Assembly (NCBI RefSeq): GCF_030028105.1
Contig: NC_092379.1
Location: 21,925,309-21,989,308, forward strand
DNA from: Mobula birostris
Taxonomy: Eukaryota
Direction of reading: 5' to 3'
DNA length: 64,000 nucleotides
The position numbers were made by a program, and so were the translations under genes. The first letter of the stretch is position 1. Each line of letters begins with the position of its first letter. This document shows positions 14,436-27,107 of the stretch, one piece after another. Under the pieces are notes generated by a model. The model did no database searches. It worked only from the letters and a program-made list of their open reading frames with translations, and was not told the DNA's origin.

Positions 14436-14821
14436 TTACACACAAGATTTAAAACTATCAGTCAGAATGAGTGAGACATTGACCAGGGTGGGTTTGCTGT
14501 GAGATTTATTGATGCTTCGGAACAGGTTGGTTGGGAGCGACTCATGACCCACCACACAGGAGAAAGTGGTGCCGCTATTCCACTCCTCAGGAGAAACCTT
14601 CAGCTGACTGGTCATTGTGTTCCAGCCATTTCTGGGGTCCTTGGTCACTGGCTGGTTCACAAACCCTGTCTTCAGAAGGGTGTCATTGGCCATCCAGGCC
14701 ACATAGATCTCTGTGGGAGAGAACTTGGTGACCAGGCACATCAAGGTCACAGTCTGATCGGTGTCTACCTCATCCGATGAAGGGAGGAGGAGGTAGACAT
14801 GAGGACGAGTCACAACACCAC
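14436..14821 (-). CDS. IgW: IgW C6 exon plus long secretory tail (...SHSKPTLVNVSLILTDSFKSCV*)
   Basis: Acceptor ctctgttccag| at 14822, C1-set domain (LMCLV...W...FSCVVGH). The tailpiece has an NVS glycan site and a penultimate Cys, as in IgM/IgW/IgNAR secretory tails. Confidence 0.96.
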
Positions 14822-15422
14822 CTGGAACAGAGAGAATCTCAGTTAGAATGAATCTTCCAATAATTTCCTACTTACCCGACACATTCTGGTCTTCACCAAC
14901 ATGAACAATTTCTAAATCTGAGGGGCTTCACTTGATCTGAAACTGAAGGCTTTTCCCTTTCTGCTCATCTTTGGGATTTGTGGAGTGGAAATCTTGGACC
15001 TGCTGCATTTTACAGCTTCCAGTGAGGTTAGTCTATTCAGTTTATTCAATGGGAGTCGCTGAACACAGCAACTCGACAGAAAGTGGAACTCAGCCCCTGG
15101 ACTTGCATCATCCTGTGCTGTTTGTTCCATCTCCCCTGGAGCAGGGGTGGCAATCTAAGCTGTGTACGTGTGAGAGGGAGTGAGAACCTGTGGAACTCTC
15201 TCCCACAGAAAGCACTTGAAGAATTATCATCTAACATATTCAAGAATGGGTTGAATATACTTCTTCGGGTGAAAGCGTCAAAGGATATCTGGAGAAAACA
15301 GGAACAGGGATTGAATTTGGATGATCAGCTGAGACCAGATTGAATGGTTGAGCAGTGCTGGATGGTGATTAATCTGTCAAATTGATAAGATCAGACTCAC
15401 ACTGAATTCTGTCCACACGTAC

Positions 15423-15743
15423 CTGTGTCCTTCCTGATGGATTTCTTCACTGGTGTTGGCAAACTCTTGTCCTCTATCACACACGAGTACTCAGCCCCAC
15501 TGTTCCACTCTGCAGCAGGGACTGTCAGTCTGTTGGTGATCACGTCTTCACCTCCATTGCTGTCTGGACCCAGAGTCCTCACCCCATCTTCCATCTTCCT
15601 TCCGTCCACTTGCCAGGTTACAATGAATCCCTGTAAATCACTGTGAACCACCTCACACAGAATGGTCGCTGTCCTCTTTGTCCAGATCTCTTCGAAGGGA
15701 GGTTTGCTTAAAGTTACTGAGATGGGGGTATCTGAGCAGTCAA
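15423..15743 (-). CDS. IgW: IgW C5 exon
   Basis: Acceptor tttctcccag| at 15744. (V)DCSDTPISVTLSKPPFEEIW...LCEVVH...W...YSCVIEDKSLPTPVKKSIRKDT, donor G|GTACGT at 15422, 321 nt, N-terminal extra Cys. Confidence 0.95.
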
Positions 15744-17081
15744 CTGGGAGAAACGTCACAATTATTATTTCAAAATTCCCAAATGGTTGAGTTTGTCTCT
15801 GACGACCAACATTTCCTGTTCATTCCCGGTCAATGATTTGCCAGTCCCATCAAGATGAGATGAGACCAATCTACATTGGTGAAGAAAGGAATCTCCCCTT
15901 TTGAGCAGACAGGGTAATACCCTGAGCAAACGTAAATGAACAAGATTGGCCCGCAGATTGTCTTTTGCAGTTTCATGGTTACTTAAACTGTTACCAGAGA
16001 CTTATTAAAACAAATACAGAAACTCCCCTGTATTTCAGAATGTGTCGGTGGAACAAGAAACAGAGCAAAATTTCACATGAAAATCTTCCAGAAAATACAC
16101 TTAATATTTCAAAATTTCTGAGAAATATTTAGTTTTTGTTACAAATATTAAAATGCACTCTTTTTGTCTATCAGGTGTAACTAACATTTGCTGCTGCTTT
16201 GTCAGAATGTAGTGTGTTCAGGCCGCCCTCCTGAGGCTTCTACACATTGTCCAGGCTGACTATTCCCACACAGGAGCAGAGGGAGAGCTGCTCTGCTGGA
16301 AATTCAGTCACATCTGAGGCACTGATCGGAGGCCGGGATTAGGTTCAAAGGTAGAGGGAGGGAGCATTTTGAAGACGAGTATCAGCGAGTTGCAGAGAGT
16401 CTGTCGAGTGAAATGGTCTGGATTCTCCTCCAGTTATGAAAGTATTTTCTGGGATACTCTTATTTCTATGGTGAAAGTGTGGATTATGTTGGTTGAGAGT
16501 GGAAAACAAACCGTTGATTGGCCGATTTAAGTGCCAAGAGAGATTAAAAAGATGAAGGCATTGAGGCTGAGTCAATGGACAAACCGGTATTCAGCTCACT
16601 TCTCGATGAGGCTTCACTCGCCTCAGCACTGAACTGACTCTGCAGCTGCAGCCTGCAGCCATCGGCACTCACCTCAGCACTGAGCCTGGCTCCACGGCCG
16701 TGGCCTGCAGCCATCGGTCTCCTGGACCGGTTGCAGTGCTGAACTGGCAACGTGGCTGTGGATTTACTTCAGGGGGCTCTGCGGTTCAGTTTCTGTGGAT
16801 TGTTTGTTTGAATTTTTTTATTGTTTGCACAATCTTTTTTCACACATTGGATGTTTGACTCTGAATTCTATTGTATTTCTTTGTTTTGTGACTGCCTGGA
16901 AGAAGAGAATCTCAAGGTTGTATATGGTGCACATACTTTGATAATAAATGTACTTTGTACTTTGAACTTTATCAGTTCACGCACTTAACTAAACCTGGGC
17001 TGCACCATGATTAGGTGTTTACCTTGAATTCATAGCCTAATGTGAACAATTTCAATAATGGGATGCATCCCAGGACCCTAC

Positions 17082-17399
17082 CTTGGACGTTCTTCACTAG
17101 CTTCTTGATACGGGTGTTGGAGGGGGGATGAGTCACTGTACAGCTGAAGACTGATTCTGTCTTCCACTCCTGTAAACTCACGGTCAGGAAGTGTCTGGCA
17201 CTGAAAGTCCACCCCTGCTCCAGAGTGGTCGGTGTAGCGCTGGTGTTGGAGTTGATCACGGTGCTGCCTTTCTCCCAGGTGACATTTATTTGGTCCGGGT
17301 AGAATCCAGACACGACACACTCCAGTGTGGCTGTTTTCGAATTCTTGGTCTCTTCCTGAGGTGGAGGCAGCAGTCTGACCTTGGGACTTCTTATCTCGA
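17082..17399 (-). CDS. IgW: IgW C4 exon
   Basis: Acceptor ttctattccag| at 17400. (V)EIRSPKVRLLPPPQEE...LECVVSGFYPDQINVTW...FSCTVTHPPS...KNVQ, donor G|GTAGGG at 17081, 318 nt. Confidence 0.95.
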
Positions 17400-17487
17400 C
17401 TGGAATAGAAAAGAAAACAAAGGAAATGTCAAACATTTTGACTCAGGTAACTAATGCTGGCCATTTAATCACTGGTCTCTTGCCCAC

Positions 17488-17790
17488 CTTTGGTACTATT
17501 GGTCCGTGCTGACACTCGGGAAGATGAAGGAGATTCCTGAGCAGAGCACTCATACTCCACCCCACTGAACCACTCCTCCACACTGATCTGGAGTTCGCTG
17601 AGCACTCTGTATCGGGACCCGTCCATCTCCGCTTGATGGGTGTGAATTCCTTTAGTTTTCTCCTTCCCACCCACGTGCCAAGAGATGTGGATGTCTTTGG
17701 GATCTGTACAGATAACTGTGCACTTCACGGTAGCAGACTTGTCGATCCACATCTCTTCAATGTCGGGATTTTGAATAGAGACAGACAATT
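17488..17790 (-). CDS. IgW: IgW C3 exon
   Basis: Acceptor ctaatccacag| at 17791. (E)LSVSIQNPDIEEMWIDKSATVKCTVICTD...W...YECSAQ...NSTK, donor G|GTGGGC at 17487, 303 nt, one extra Cys. Confidence 0.93.
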
Positions 17791-20587
17791 CTGTGGATTA
17801 GAAATGTAAATGCTCAGAATCTTACTGGAGATATTTCCATTGGTTGTGTTAGGTCCAGGCAGATCATCAGTACTTGACAGCTGCATTTAATGCAAACAGA
17901 ATAACAGGAACACCCAGGGCTGAGTCACGTGCCTCATATTCCTATAAGTTTGATTGAGAAAAGAAATTCAGAACAAAGGATGTGCTAACGAGGTTTAGAA
18001 TCTCTTTCTAATAACTGTACCAATCGGTTCACTGTGAGACGGAGCTCTGTGAGACAGAGAAGCATGCAGATTTCTCAGCAGAGACACAGCTCAGTATATT
18101 CTTTGCTTGGAGACTCAGTTGCATTGATTAGTATCAATGAACACTGTGAATCAATGAGAATCCCTTTCTCCATCTGGGCTGAGCCTGGGATTCACTCAGT
18201 TTAATAACTTCACATCCCGACATTCCAGTCTCACTGTGGCTGTGCCTCTCCTCGTCTCTGCAACCTTCACCACCCACACAAGCTTCAGACAACATTGTAT
18301 TCTTTCAACTCTGCTCACTCATACACCTGCACTACTTCTGCTGGTGCCTGTGGTTTTAGCATTCTTGCTGACAAACACTGAAGCCTCTGTCTCACTTGAA
18401 ATGAGCAGCCATGGTCAGAGTGTATCCATAAGTTAGGGACTGATGAACTGGCAAAATGGATTCAAATCCCAACCTGGTGGATGGGAGTTTAAATTCAATT
18501 CATCAATGCTCTTTGGAGTAAAAAGAAGACTACGGAGGTATTTGTAGTGTTATTCTCTGTGGTAATTTCTGGAGAGAAGTCTCGTCTGGTCTGGTTGGTT
18601 TGTGACTCCAGACCTGCAGCAACACGGCTGGAGCTGAATCACCATCAGGAATGAGGCAGCAAGTCCCTCAGTTCCAGAGAGATCAGTGATTGATGGGAAA
18701 TGATAAATGAATAAAACAGCTCTTTGATCAAGTGTTGGGTCACCTGTCCTCTGGGTTAGTGTCAGTTTTGTGTGATTGCGGTCAAGTGCAGTTGTTGAGG
18801 TCGTCTCCCAATGCACGATCGTCAGTTCACTTACAGTGCAGCTCCCTGCACTTTGTGTTCACCATTTACACACTCGGTCACCTTCAGGCACGTGGGGTGT
18901 TTCTGCTCTTTGACATTTAGTGTGGAGGCTGATTGTGTTTGTGTCATGGCTGAGACCTTCAATGAGACTGTGAGTCAGTGTCTTTGTCTGAAGAAAGAGC
19001 AGACGTAACACACACAGTTCCAGTCTAACTGGGCCGGATCATCCGACAAGGTGTGATGTGTATTTCTTCACCTTTCTCATGTCAGTAAGATTATGAGCAA
19101 TTTTCTTTTAAAACAGAAAGTCCGTGGGTATAGTCCAGATGACCATTGTTGTCGAGTAATACCACAAATATGCAAACCTAGGTGTATACTGAATGCTCAT
19201 TGAATTGTGAATCTTAGTTTAATCAGCACTGTGATGTTGTTAAACATGTTTTCTGCAGGTTTCTCAGTTATGTCCCATATCAGCACAGTCTTGATGTTCA
19301 GCAGTCCCTGGGAAATGCGGTCCCCTCATAAAACCTGACCGAGTCAAGTTCGCTCCCCTTATTACTATATGCTGGTGTTATTCCACAAGAAGCATATAAT
19401 TCTGTCAATGCTTGGGTAATTCTAACAAAACATCCTCCTTTGTGACATTCCTTAAAGTCACTGAATTTCCCTCTTGGACTGAATTCACTGTCCGGCATGT
19501 GGATCAATGTAACTTTAGCAATTTGTCTGATCCAGGATTTACACACAAAGCATGTCAGATTGGACAGGAGACTGGTTAGACCCCTGAGTCTTCTCTCACC
19601 AATTTGTCTTGTTCCCAGAATTATCAAAGGGTCATCCGTCCTTTGACTGAGTCAGCCCCGTTCACCTTCATCACCTCGTGCCTCACAGCCATTGGGTGAA
19701 AAACAGGTTCCAGTTCTCGTTGACTGGAGTTAGACAAGAGGGAATCTGGCCAAGGAAACTGGAATTGGGATCTGAGTCACACTGAAGCAACAATGTACAC
19801 AAATGAATGAGTATATGGACAACCAGAAACAAGAGATTCTACAGATGCTGGAAATCTTGAACAACACACTCAAAATGCTGGAGGAACTGGGCAAGTCAGG
19901 CAGCATCTGTGGATGGAAATAAACAGTCGATATTTTGGGCTGAGAGATTTCACTGGTACTGGAAAGGAAGTGGGCAGAAGCCAGAATAAGAAGGTGGGTG
20001 GAGTAGAGAGGAATACATTCTGTCAGATGAGAGGTGATACCAGGTGAGGGGGAAAGTGTGTGGACGGGAGAGAGGTATGAAATAAGAAGCTGGTAGGGGA
20101 TAAGTGGAAGAGATAAATGGCTGAAACAGAAGGAATCTGACAGGACAGTGGACCATGGAGGAAAGTGCAGGAGGAGGGGAACCAAATGGAGATGATGGGC
20201 AGGTGAGGAGAACTGAAGGGATGAAGGGGTGTCTAGTATGGGGAATAGAATAAAATGGAGAATAAAGGAGTGGGGACTATTACTGCAAGTTAGGGAATAA
20301 GTATTCATGGGATCGGGTTGGCATATGAAGTGTTGCTACTCCAACCTGAATTTGGCCTCACCATGGCAGTAGAGGAGGCCATGGACAGACATGTCAGAAT
20401 GGGAATGGGAAGTCAAATTGAAATAGGTGGCCACGAGGATAATAGAAATGCGATTGGAGAGGTAGTCAGTTTGAATCGTGTTTTCTTCTCTCTCTGTTAA
20501 ACTTCAATCCCAATGGATACCAGAGGCAGGTCTGGAATCCAGTAAATGGAGTGTAATAAAATTCAATGACGAATTGTAGACAGCCAA

Positions 20588-20709
20588 TCACTTTATTTCA
20601 CACTTTATTGCTGAACAATGATACCGTTGGGTAGAACCATCGGAGAATGTTGCATTGAGATTACTCTGTTGAAACAACATTGCCACTGGCTTCGAAAAAC
20701 AGTCGGGAC
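20588..20709 (-). CDS. IgW: IgW-short secretory tail exon (GPDCFSKPVAMLFQQSNLNATFSDGSTQRYHCSAIKCEIK*)
   Basis: Not in the ORF track; translated by hand. Acceptor tccgtttccag| at 20710, phase 1 from C2, 3 Cys, N-glycan site NAT, stop TGA 20590-20588. The SNLNxxFSDGSTQxYHCxxxKCEIK ending matches my recollection of Cys-rich IgW-short/IgX tails. Confidence 0.88.
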
Positions 20710-21365
20710 CTGGAAACGGAAGATTCATAGATTTAATTGTTAGATATTTTCACCTCTTTTCCCATGCTTGTGAAAAAGGGAGCCCCACATATTCCCACTT
20801 TCTATCCTCTGTATATCACATCCTATCAGGATGAGGTTATGTCAGCCATGATAAATGCATGTTGTCTCTGAACCTGGTCGAGGATCTGAGGACACAAGGT
20901 CGCAACATTCACTGGAGGATTGGGCATCAATTCAAAAATAATCCAGGCACCTACAGTGGACAATCGACAGAAGAGTCTCTCAGGAAACACTGGAAACAGA
21001 CTCTGGAGAATGAAACAAATGCAAAATTGCAGAGATATTTTTAGAAGAACTAAAACGAGAAGACAGGGAACAGGGAGATCTTCTCCAGATGGTCAAGCCT
21101 GGGACGTGAGCTTTGCTCACTAACTTATTTTATTTATAACTACAAGCAAAGACAACTAAAATTATTGAGACAGAATGGACAGGTGACCTAATCTTACACC
21201 TTTCCTGCCCGGTTAAAGCTGCTGGTGAAATGAGTTGATTCAAAGTGCAAAGATCATCTGTACGTCACTCAACAAGATTGACGGTAGGGACAGGAATTGT
21301 GTGGGAGTATTAGTTCAGTATTTTAGTACTCTAAGTTAATTAATTTTTCTTCCGATATCACTCAC

Positions 21366-21665
21366 CCTCTTGATACGTCATGTTGACCTGACCACTGAAA
21401 CCAGAAGGTGCGTGATTCACTTCACAAGTATATTTCTGTTTCTTGGTCCATTCCTGCATAGGCACTGTCAGGTAAGAGATTGTTTCAAATGTACCATCAG
21501 ATCTCTGAGTGGAACGGAGAACAATCCCTTCTTGGGCAGATCCAGCTTTTTTCCAGAATACTTCAATGTCGTCAGGGGAGAATCCAGATATCACACAGCC
21601 CAGGACAGCATTTGCTTGACTGTGGATTGCCTCCCGGGATGGAACAAGGGAGCTGAGCTTTGGAG
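21366..21665 (-). CDS. IgW: IgW C2 exon
   Basis: Acceptor ttgtgttacag| at 21666. PKLSSLVPSREAIHSQANAVLGCVISGFSPDDIEVFW...YTCEVNHAPSGFSGQVNMTYQE, donor G|GTGAGT at 21365, 300 nt. Confidence 0.94.
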
Positions 21666-22611
21666 CTGTAACACAATAAATATCTGTCAGTACATGATTG
21701 CTTTGCCCAAGTTTTGGACTTCATTCCCCCTCATCCTGGACAAGTTCCCCAATTCCAGTCCTCTCAAGAATGTTGTTAATTTACAGCTGATCTGATGATC
21801 TGATGGCTCACACCAGCAAATGGGAGGGCTGGGTGTATAACTTGGGCCTCCCAGCAGTGTGTCCCACTGTGCTATGATAATGCAGAGAGGTGGGTCATGG
21901 GGTTGAGGTGCAGACCTGCCATGATCTAATTGTTTACTGGAGAATGACTGATACCAGCTCCTGTGAGCATGTGTACGTGGTGTGGGACTGTTTCCATTAG
22001 CAAGTTTGGGAAACACAATTTTACTTTCAATGAGAAAGAAGAACAGATGGACAGGAGGAATTTAATTTGTTGTAACTGTAAAGGCTTGTTCAGATCTGTG
22101 AGAAGATGGTTAAAGAAGGGCAGTGGAGTGGATTCCTTCATCACATTCACAAGGGATTGCTTTTCCCAGAAGAGGGGCAGCTGCAGGGTGGAGGGGAAAG
22201 TGCAGGAGGAGTGGAGTAAAGTTTAAATTGTCGTTCTGTGTGCAGGGGTACGATGGGCCAGCGGTCTCTGTATGTGTACAGGAGCTGATCTGTAGGGAGG
22301 GTTTAGTTGGGGGGGGGGTGGAGAGTCTCCCGAAAGGAATGGATACAATGGAGGCAGATCAGCACAAGTTGTGTCCTCCACCCTCCACTGATACTGAGTT
22401 TCAGTGAGTTCAGGAGGACGTTTCCCCCATTTCAATTCCTTATTTTTTCTCAATGTCAATTTGGTAAGGGGTAGGGGGTAGTACTACTGTTGTAAGAGTA
22501 GATTAAAGGAGCTAGTTGCCATGTCCAGCATTATCTGACAAAGATTCCTACTCCAGATTTATGCTCTGAGATCAATGCAGCTTTTAAGAGAAAATTACGT
22601 CTCATACTAAC

Positions 22612-22905
22612 AGTGATGTTTCGGGAACACCGCTGTCACACTTGCTGCCTTGCAGGTGTAGACTTTATTCTTCTTCCAGTCTGCCGCAGAGACTTCGAGC
22701 AAGCTGCTCATCGTGAACTTTGAATTTTGCCCCAATACCGCCGGGTATTTCTTGACTCCAGTGGTGATGTCCTCACTGTTAGTGGACCATGTCTGACTGA
22801 TGCTCTCGGGCTGATAGTCCTTGACCAGACAGAGGAGGCTGATCTTTTGGTCAGATTCTGTGTTGCAGGAAGGAGTGATGTAGACTGATGGCGAGGACGT
22901 GAGCT
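22612..22905 (-). CDS. IgW: IgW C1 exon
   Basis: Acceptor ttccatttcag| at 22906. (E)[39 protein letters not shown]...[12 protein letters not shown]...PKHH, donor T|GTTAGT at 22611, 294 nt. The extra N-terminal Cys (PSCN) fits a light-chain disulfide. Confidence 0.92.
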
Positions 22906-24290
22906 CTGAAATGGAAAGAAATTCACAGAAGTTTCTGTAAGTAAATGCATTACTGGCAGACAAAGAAGGAGACATGTTATCCACTACAATTACTACAGTA
23001 CTGTGCTGAAGTCTTAGCCGCATAGCTGGACTACCCCCCCCCCCCTCAATACACACAGTAGTAACTTTATGTATTGCACTGTATCTCTGCCACTAAAAAA
23101 AAAACAAATTTCATGACAGATGTGAGTGAGGATAAACCTGATTCTGATGTGGGTCTCTGTTGTGGACTGAGAGTGGGAAAGGGGAGCGAGTGAGAAGCAC
23201 CAGAGAGACATTCTGGAAAGATCAATAAACCAATTGTTTGGAATCAAATGATCTTGCCTGTTGTCTCAGTGTTGGGAGTGTCTGCACCCGTGCCGAGCCC
23301 TGCCCCTGCCACTCCTTCTCTGTCCCCTGTCCCACTCACATCCCGCAGCGCTCCACCCTCACCATTCCCAACATCCTTTGCTCTCACCAGATTTACAAAC
23401 TCACTCTCCATTCCACATTGATAAATATGGTATTATGAAAAAGTTTTAGGCAAACTAGCAATATAGATATGCCCAAGGCTTTTGCACAGTACAGTTTATA
23501 AACCAGTAATTTCTAAAATTATTCACTCCATTAAATAATACTCTCACCATTTCAACACTCAGCTGGGAATCTGTGTCACTGAACTCAGAGGCTATGGTTC
23601 AGTCTCACAGTGGAGACTTGAGCACACAGTCACAAGTGTGCCCCAACACCCCACTCAGACCCCGACTTAGACAGTCATCCAATGTCCCATGTGTTGGATT
23701 TCAGACAAAATATCAAAGTTTTACCTTGTCTCTTCCCCAAATATAATTCCGGATTCTTAGAAGTCTATTCGCACCAGATTGGTGGAGTTTACAGAAAAAG
23801 TAAACATTTAGCAGTAGTTTATTTGAATAATTATGATCTGTTCAGTATTGATGTTGAGTATGAAGTAACCCTTGTGTGGATATCTGTACCTTGTCTCCAA
23901 CACCATCTGTGTGATATAGTGGTGAGTGTCTAATGGTCTCTGCTTCTGAAATTCAACTGAACAGACTACCATCAGACCATAAGACTGTAAGACATAGGAG
24001 CAGAATTAGGCCATTCAGCCCATCGAGTCTGCTCCGACGTTCCATCATGGCTGATTGGATTCCACTGAACCCCGTACACCTGCCTTCTCACCATATCCTG
24101 GGATACCCTGACAGACCAGGAAATGATCAAATTCCACCTTAAATACACGCATGGACCTGGCTTCCACCACAGTCTGTGGCAGAGCATTCCACAGACTGCG
24201 CTGACTAAAAAAGTTCCTCGTTATTTCCATTCTTAGGGGTCACCCCTCAATTTTCAGGCTGTGCTCTCCAGTTGTGGATGCCCCCATCGT

Positions 24291-24828
24291 ACAGAAAACA
24301 TAGAAAATAGGTGCAGGAGTAGGCCATTCCACCCGTCGAGCCTGCATCGCCATTCAGTATGATCATGGCTGATCATCCAACTCAGAACCCTGTACCAGCC
24401 TTCCCTCCATATCCCCTGATCCCTTTAGCCACAAGGGCCATATCTAACTCCCTCTTAAGTATAGCCAATGAACTGGCCTCAACTGTTTCCTGTGGCAGAG
24501 AATTCCACAGATTCACCACTCTCTGTGTGAAAAAGTTTTTCCTAATCTCGGTCCTAAAAGGCTTCCCCTTTATCCTCAGACTGTGACCCCTCGTTCTGGG
24601 CTTCCCCAACATCAGGAACAATCTTCCTGCATCTAGTCTGTCCAATCCCTTTAGGATTTTATACATTTCAATAAGATCCCCCCTCAATCTTCTAAATTCC
24701 AACGAGTATAAGCCTAGTCAATCCAGTCGTTCATCATATGAAAGTGCTGCCATCCCAGGAATCAATCTGGTGAACCTTCTTTGTACACCCTCTATGGCAA
24801 GAATGTCTTTACCCAGATTAGGGGACCA
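24291..24828 (-). mobile_element. Young CR1 3' fragment inserted into an older CR1 in the J-C1 intron
   Basis: Near-identical to 3450-3990. ORF EFRRLRGDLIEMYKILKG...TRGHSL. Confidence 0.9.
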
Positions 24829-25819
24829 CGAAACATCCTCTCCACATCCACCCGATCCAGTCCTTGCAACATTCGGTAGGTTTCCATGAGATTCCACTAC
24901 ATACTTCTAAATTCCAGTGAGTACAGGCTCAAAGCTGCCAAATGCTCCTCATATGTTAACCCCTTCATTTCCAGAATGATCCTCGTGAACTCCGCTGGAC
25001 CCTCTCCAATAACAGCACATCGTTTCTGCAATATGAGGCCCAAAACACTTGACAATACTCTAAGTGTGGTTGACTAGTGTCTTATAAAGGCTCAGCATTA
25101 TTTCCTTGCTTTTATATTCTATTCCCCTTGAAACAGATGCCAACATTGCATTTGCTTTCTTTACCACAGACTCAACCTGTAAATTAACCTCTGGGAGTTT
25201 TGCATGAGGACTCCAAAGTCCCTCTGCACCTCTGATCTACCCTCTGCACTACATAATGCATCTGACACCGCCTCAAAATTAAACACGTGTAACTGAGGAA
25301 GAATTTCAACCGCACCGAGCCTGTGGAACTTACAAGCCAAACACCTTCCTGACACACCAGGCCGAGAATCGCAGTCAGAGGAATGGTGACTGTGATCCTT
25401 TGACAAGTCTAGTCTGTGAGGGACTCATTGAGGTGGAATCCACAGTTTAATCCTGGGAACTCCAGCAAGGCCACGTGTCATGTGGTGGAGTGTGTTGACA
25501 GTTCTGGTGGCAGCTGTCACTCAGTAAATCCCGGGTACAGTGGTCTGTGGAACTGTGAGACTGACTCCAGTGTAAGTGGCTGAACACTGGTAAATGGTTC
25601 ACTTTGGAAATGCCAGCGACAGCCAGCACCATTCAAACCACAGAGTCGTCAGCTTCCCTCGTACTCAGCAGCTGGGGAAAGGGATGGTCAGCTGTGGTCT
25701 GAGGAACCTCACTGCTGTTTATCAGCATCAACCCCTGACAACAAGGGAGCTATGGGACCAAAGACCTGGGACCAGCAGGACGATCATCAGTAATCTGTGT
25801 CTATCTGTTCATCTACTGC

Positions 25820-26570
25820 ACAGTCAGTAACTTTAAATTCCTGGGTGTCACTATCTCAGAGGACCTGTCCTGGACCCAACATATAAATGTAATTGCAGAG
25901 GAAACAGGACAGTGCCTCTACTTCCTCAGGAGTCTGCGGAGATTTGGTATGATGTCAAAAACCTTGACAATCTTCTATAGATGTGTAGTGGAAAGTATAA
26001 TGACTGGCTGCATTACGGCCTGGTATGGGAACACCAATACATTTGAATGGAAAATTCTACAAGAGATCATGGATTCAGCTCAGTACATAATGGGTAAGGC
26101 CCTCCCAACCACTGAGTGCATCTACATGAAATGCTGTCATAAGAAAGCAGCATCTATCATTAAAGATCCTCACCACCCAGGCCAGGCTCTTTTCTCACTG
26201 CTGCCATCAGGGCAGAAGGAACAAGAGCCTCAGGACTCACACCACCAGGTTCAAGAACAGTTACTACCCCTCAACCATCAGGCTCCTGAACAAAAGAGGA
26301 TATTTACACTCATCTATTGAGATGTTCCCATAAACAATAATCTCACTTTAAAGACTCTTTATCTTGTTATTTCACGCTCTCATTATTTATTGCTGTTTAC
26401 TTAGTGTTGCATTTCAACAGTTTATTGTCTTCTATGCTCTTGCTATTTCATTGATCCTGTTTACAGTTACGATTCTATAGTTTTGCTGAGTATGCCCACA
26501 AGAAAATGAATCTGAGGGTTGTATGTGATGACATGTATGTATTCCGATAATAAATTTTACTTTGAACTTT
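25820..26570 (+). mobile_element. Rex/Babar-like LINE 3' fragment
   Basis: FYRCVVESIMTGCITAWYGN...IIKDPHHPG..LFSLLPSG motif. Ends aataaattttactttgaactttga. Confidence 0.8.
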
Positions 26571-27107
26571 GAGACATCAAATGAGGAGTTCCCAGTGGTG
26601 GGGAGCTTTAGGAATTGTAGGCTAAAAGTGACTATTCCCTTCCAACATCACCCAAACAGACTAGATTGTCATGTTGTAGTTCAGTTTGTGGGAACAAGAT
26701 GCAGACAAGTTGGATGTTTAGTCCCCCATATGAAGAGACACACTGCAGAAGTACTTGCTGGGTTGGGAAAGGCTCTGGGATGTTCTGGGGTTGCAGAAGT
26801 CAATGAAAAGCAAATTGTTTTCATCAAAATAAATTCAGTAAAATAAAACTGGAAACAGTGTAGTTGCCAGAAATCAGACTGACAGAGTCTGGTGAAAGGT
26901 CACTGATGTAAAACATTAACTCTGTTTCTCACCCACAGATGTTCCCTGAGCTGCCCAGTGTTGGCAGTGCAGGAGGCACAATAATGTCAGTCGGTGAGAT
27001 TTGCAGCTGAGGATCTTTTACATCCCAGGACCAGCAGGTGGTAAGTACAGTTCTGTCTGGATCAGTGTTCCTCAGGGTCTTCATAAAAACACCCATCAAA
27101 CTGTCAG

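Noticed and set aside
19030-19170. TM-like words IWT...KVK on the minus strand
   Set aside because: The intervening residues are polar, include a stop and have the wrong spacing; not a CART-type transmembrane helix.
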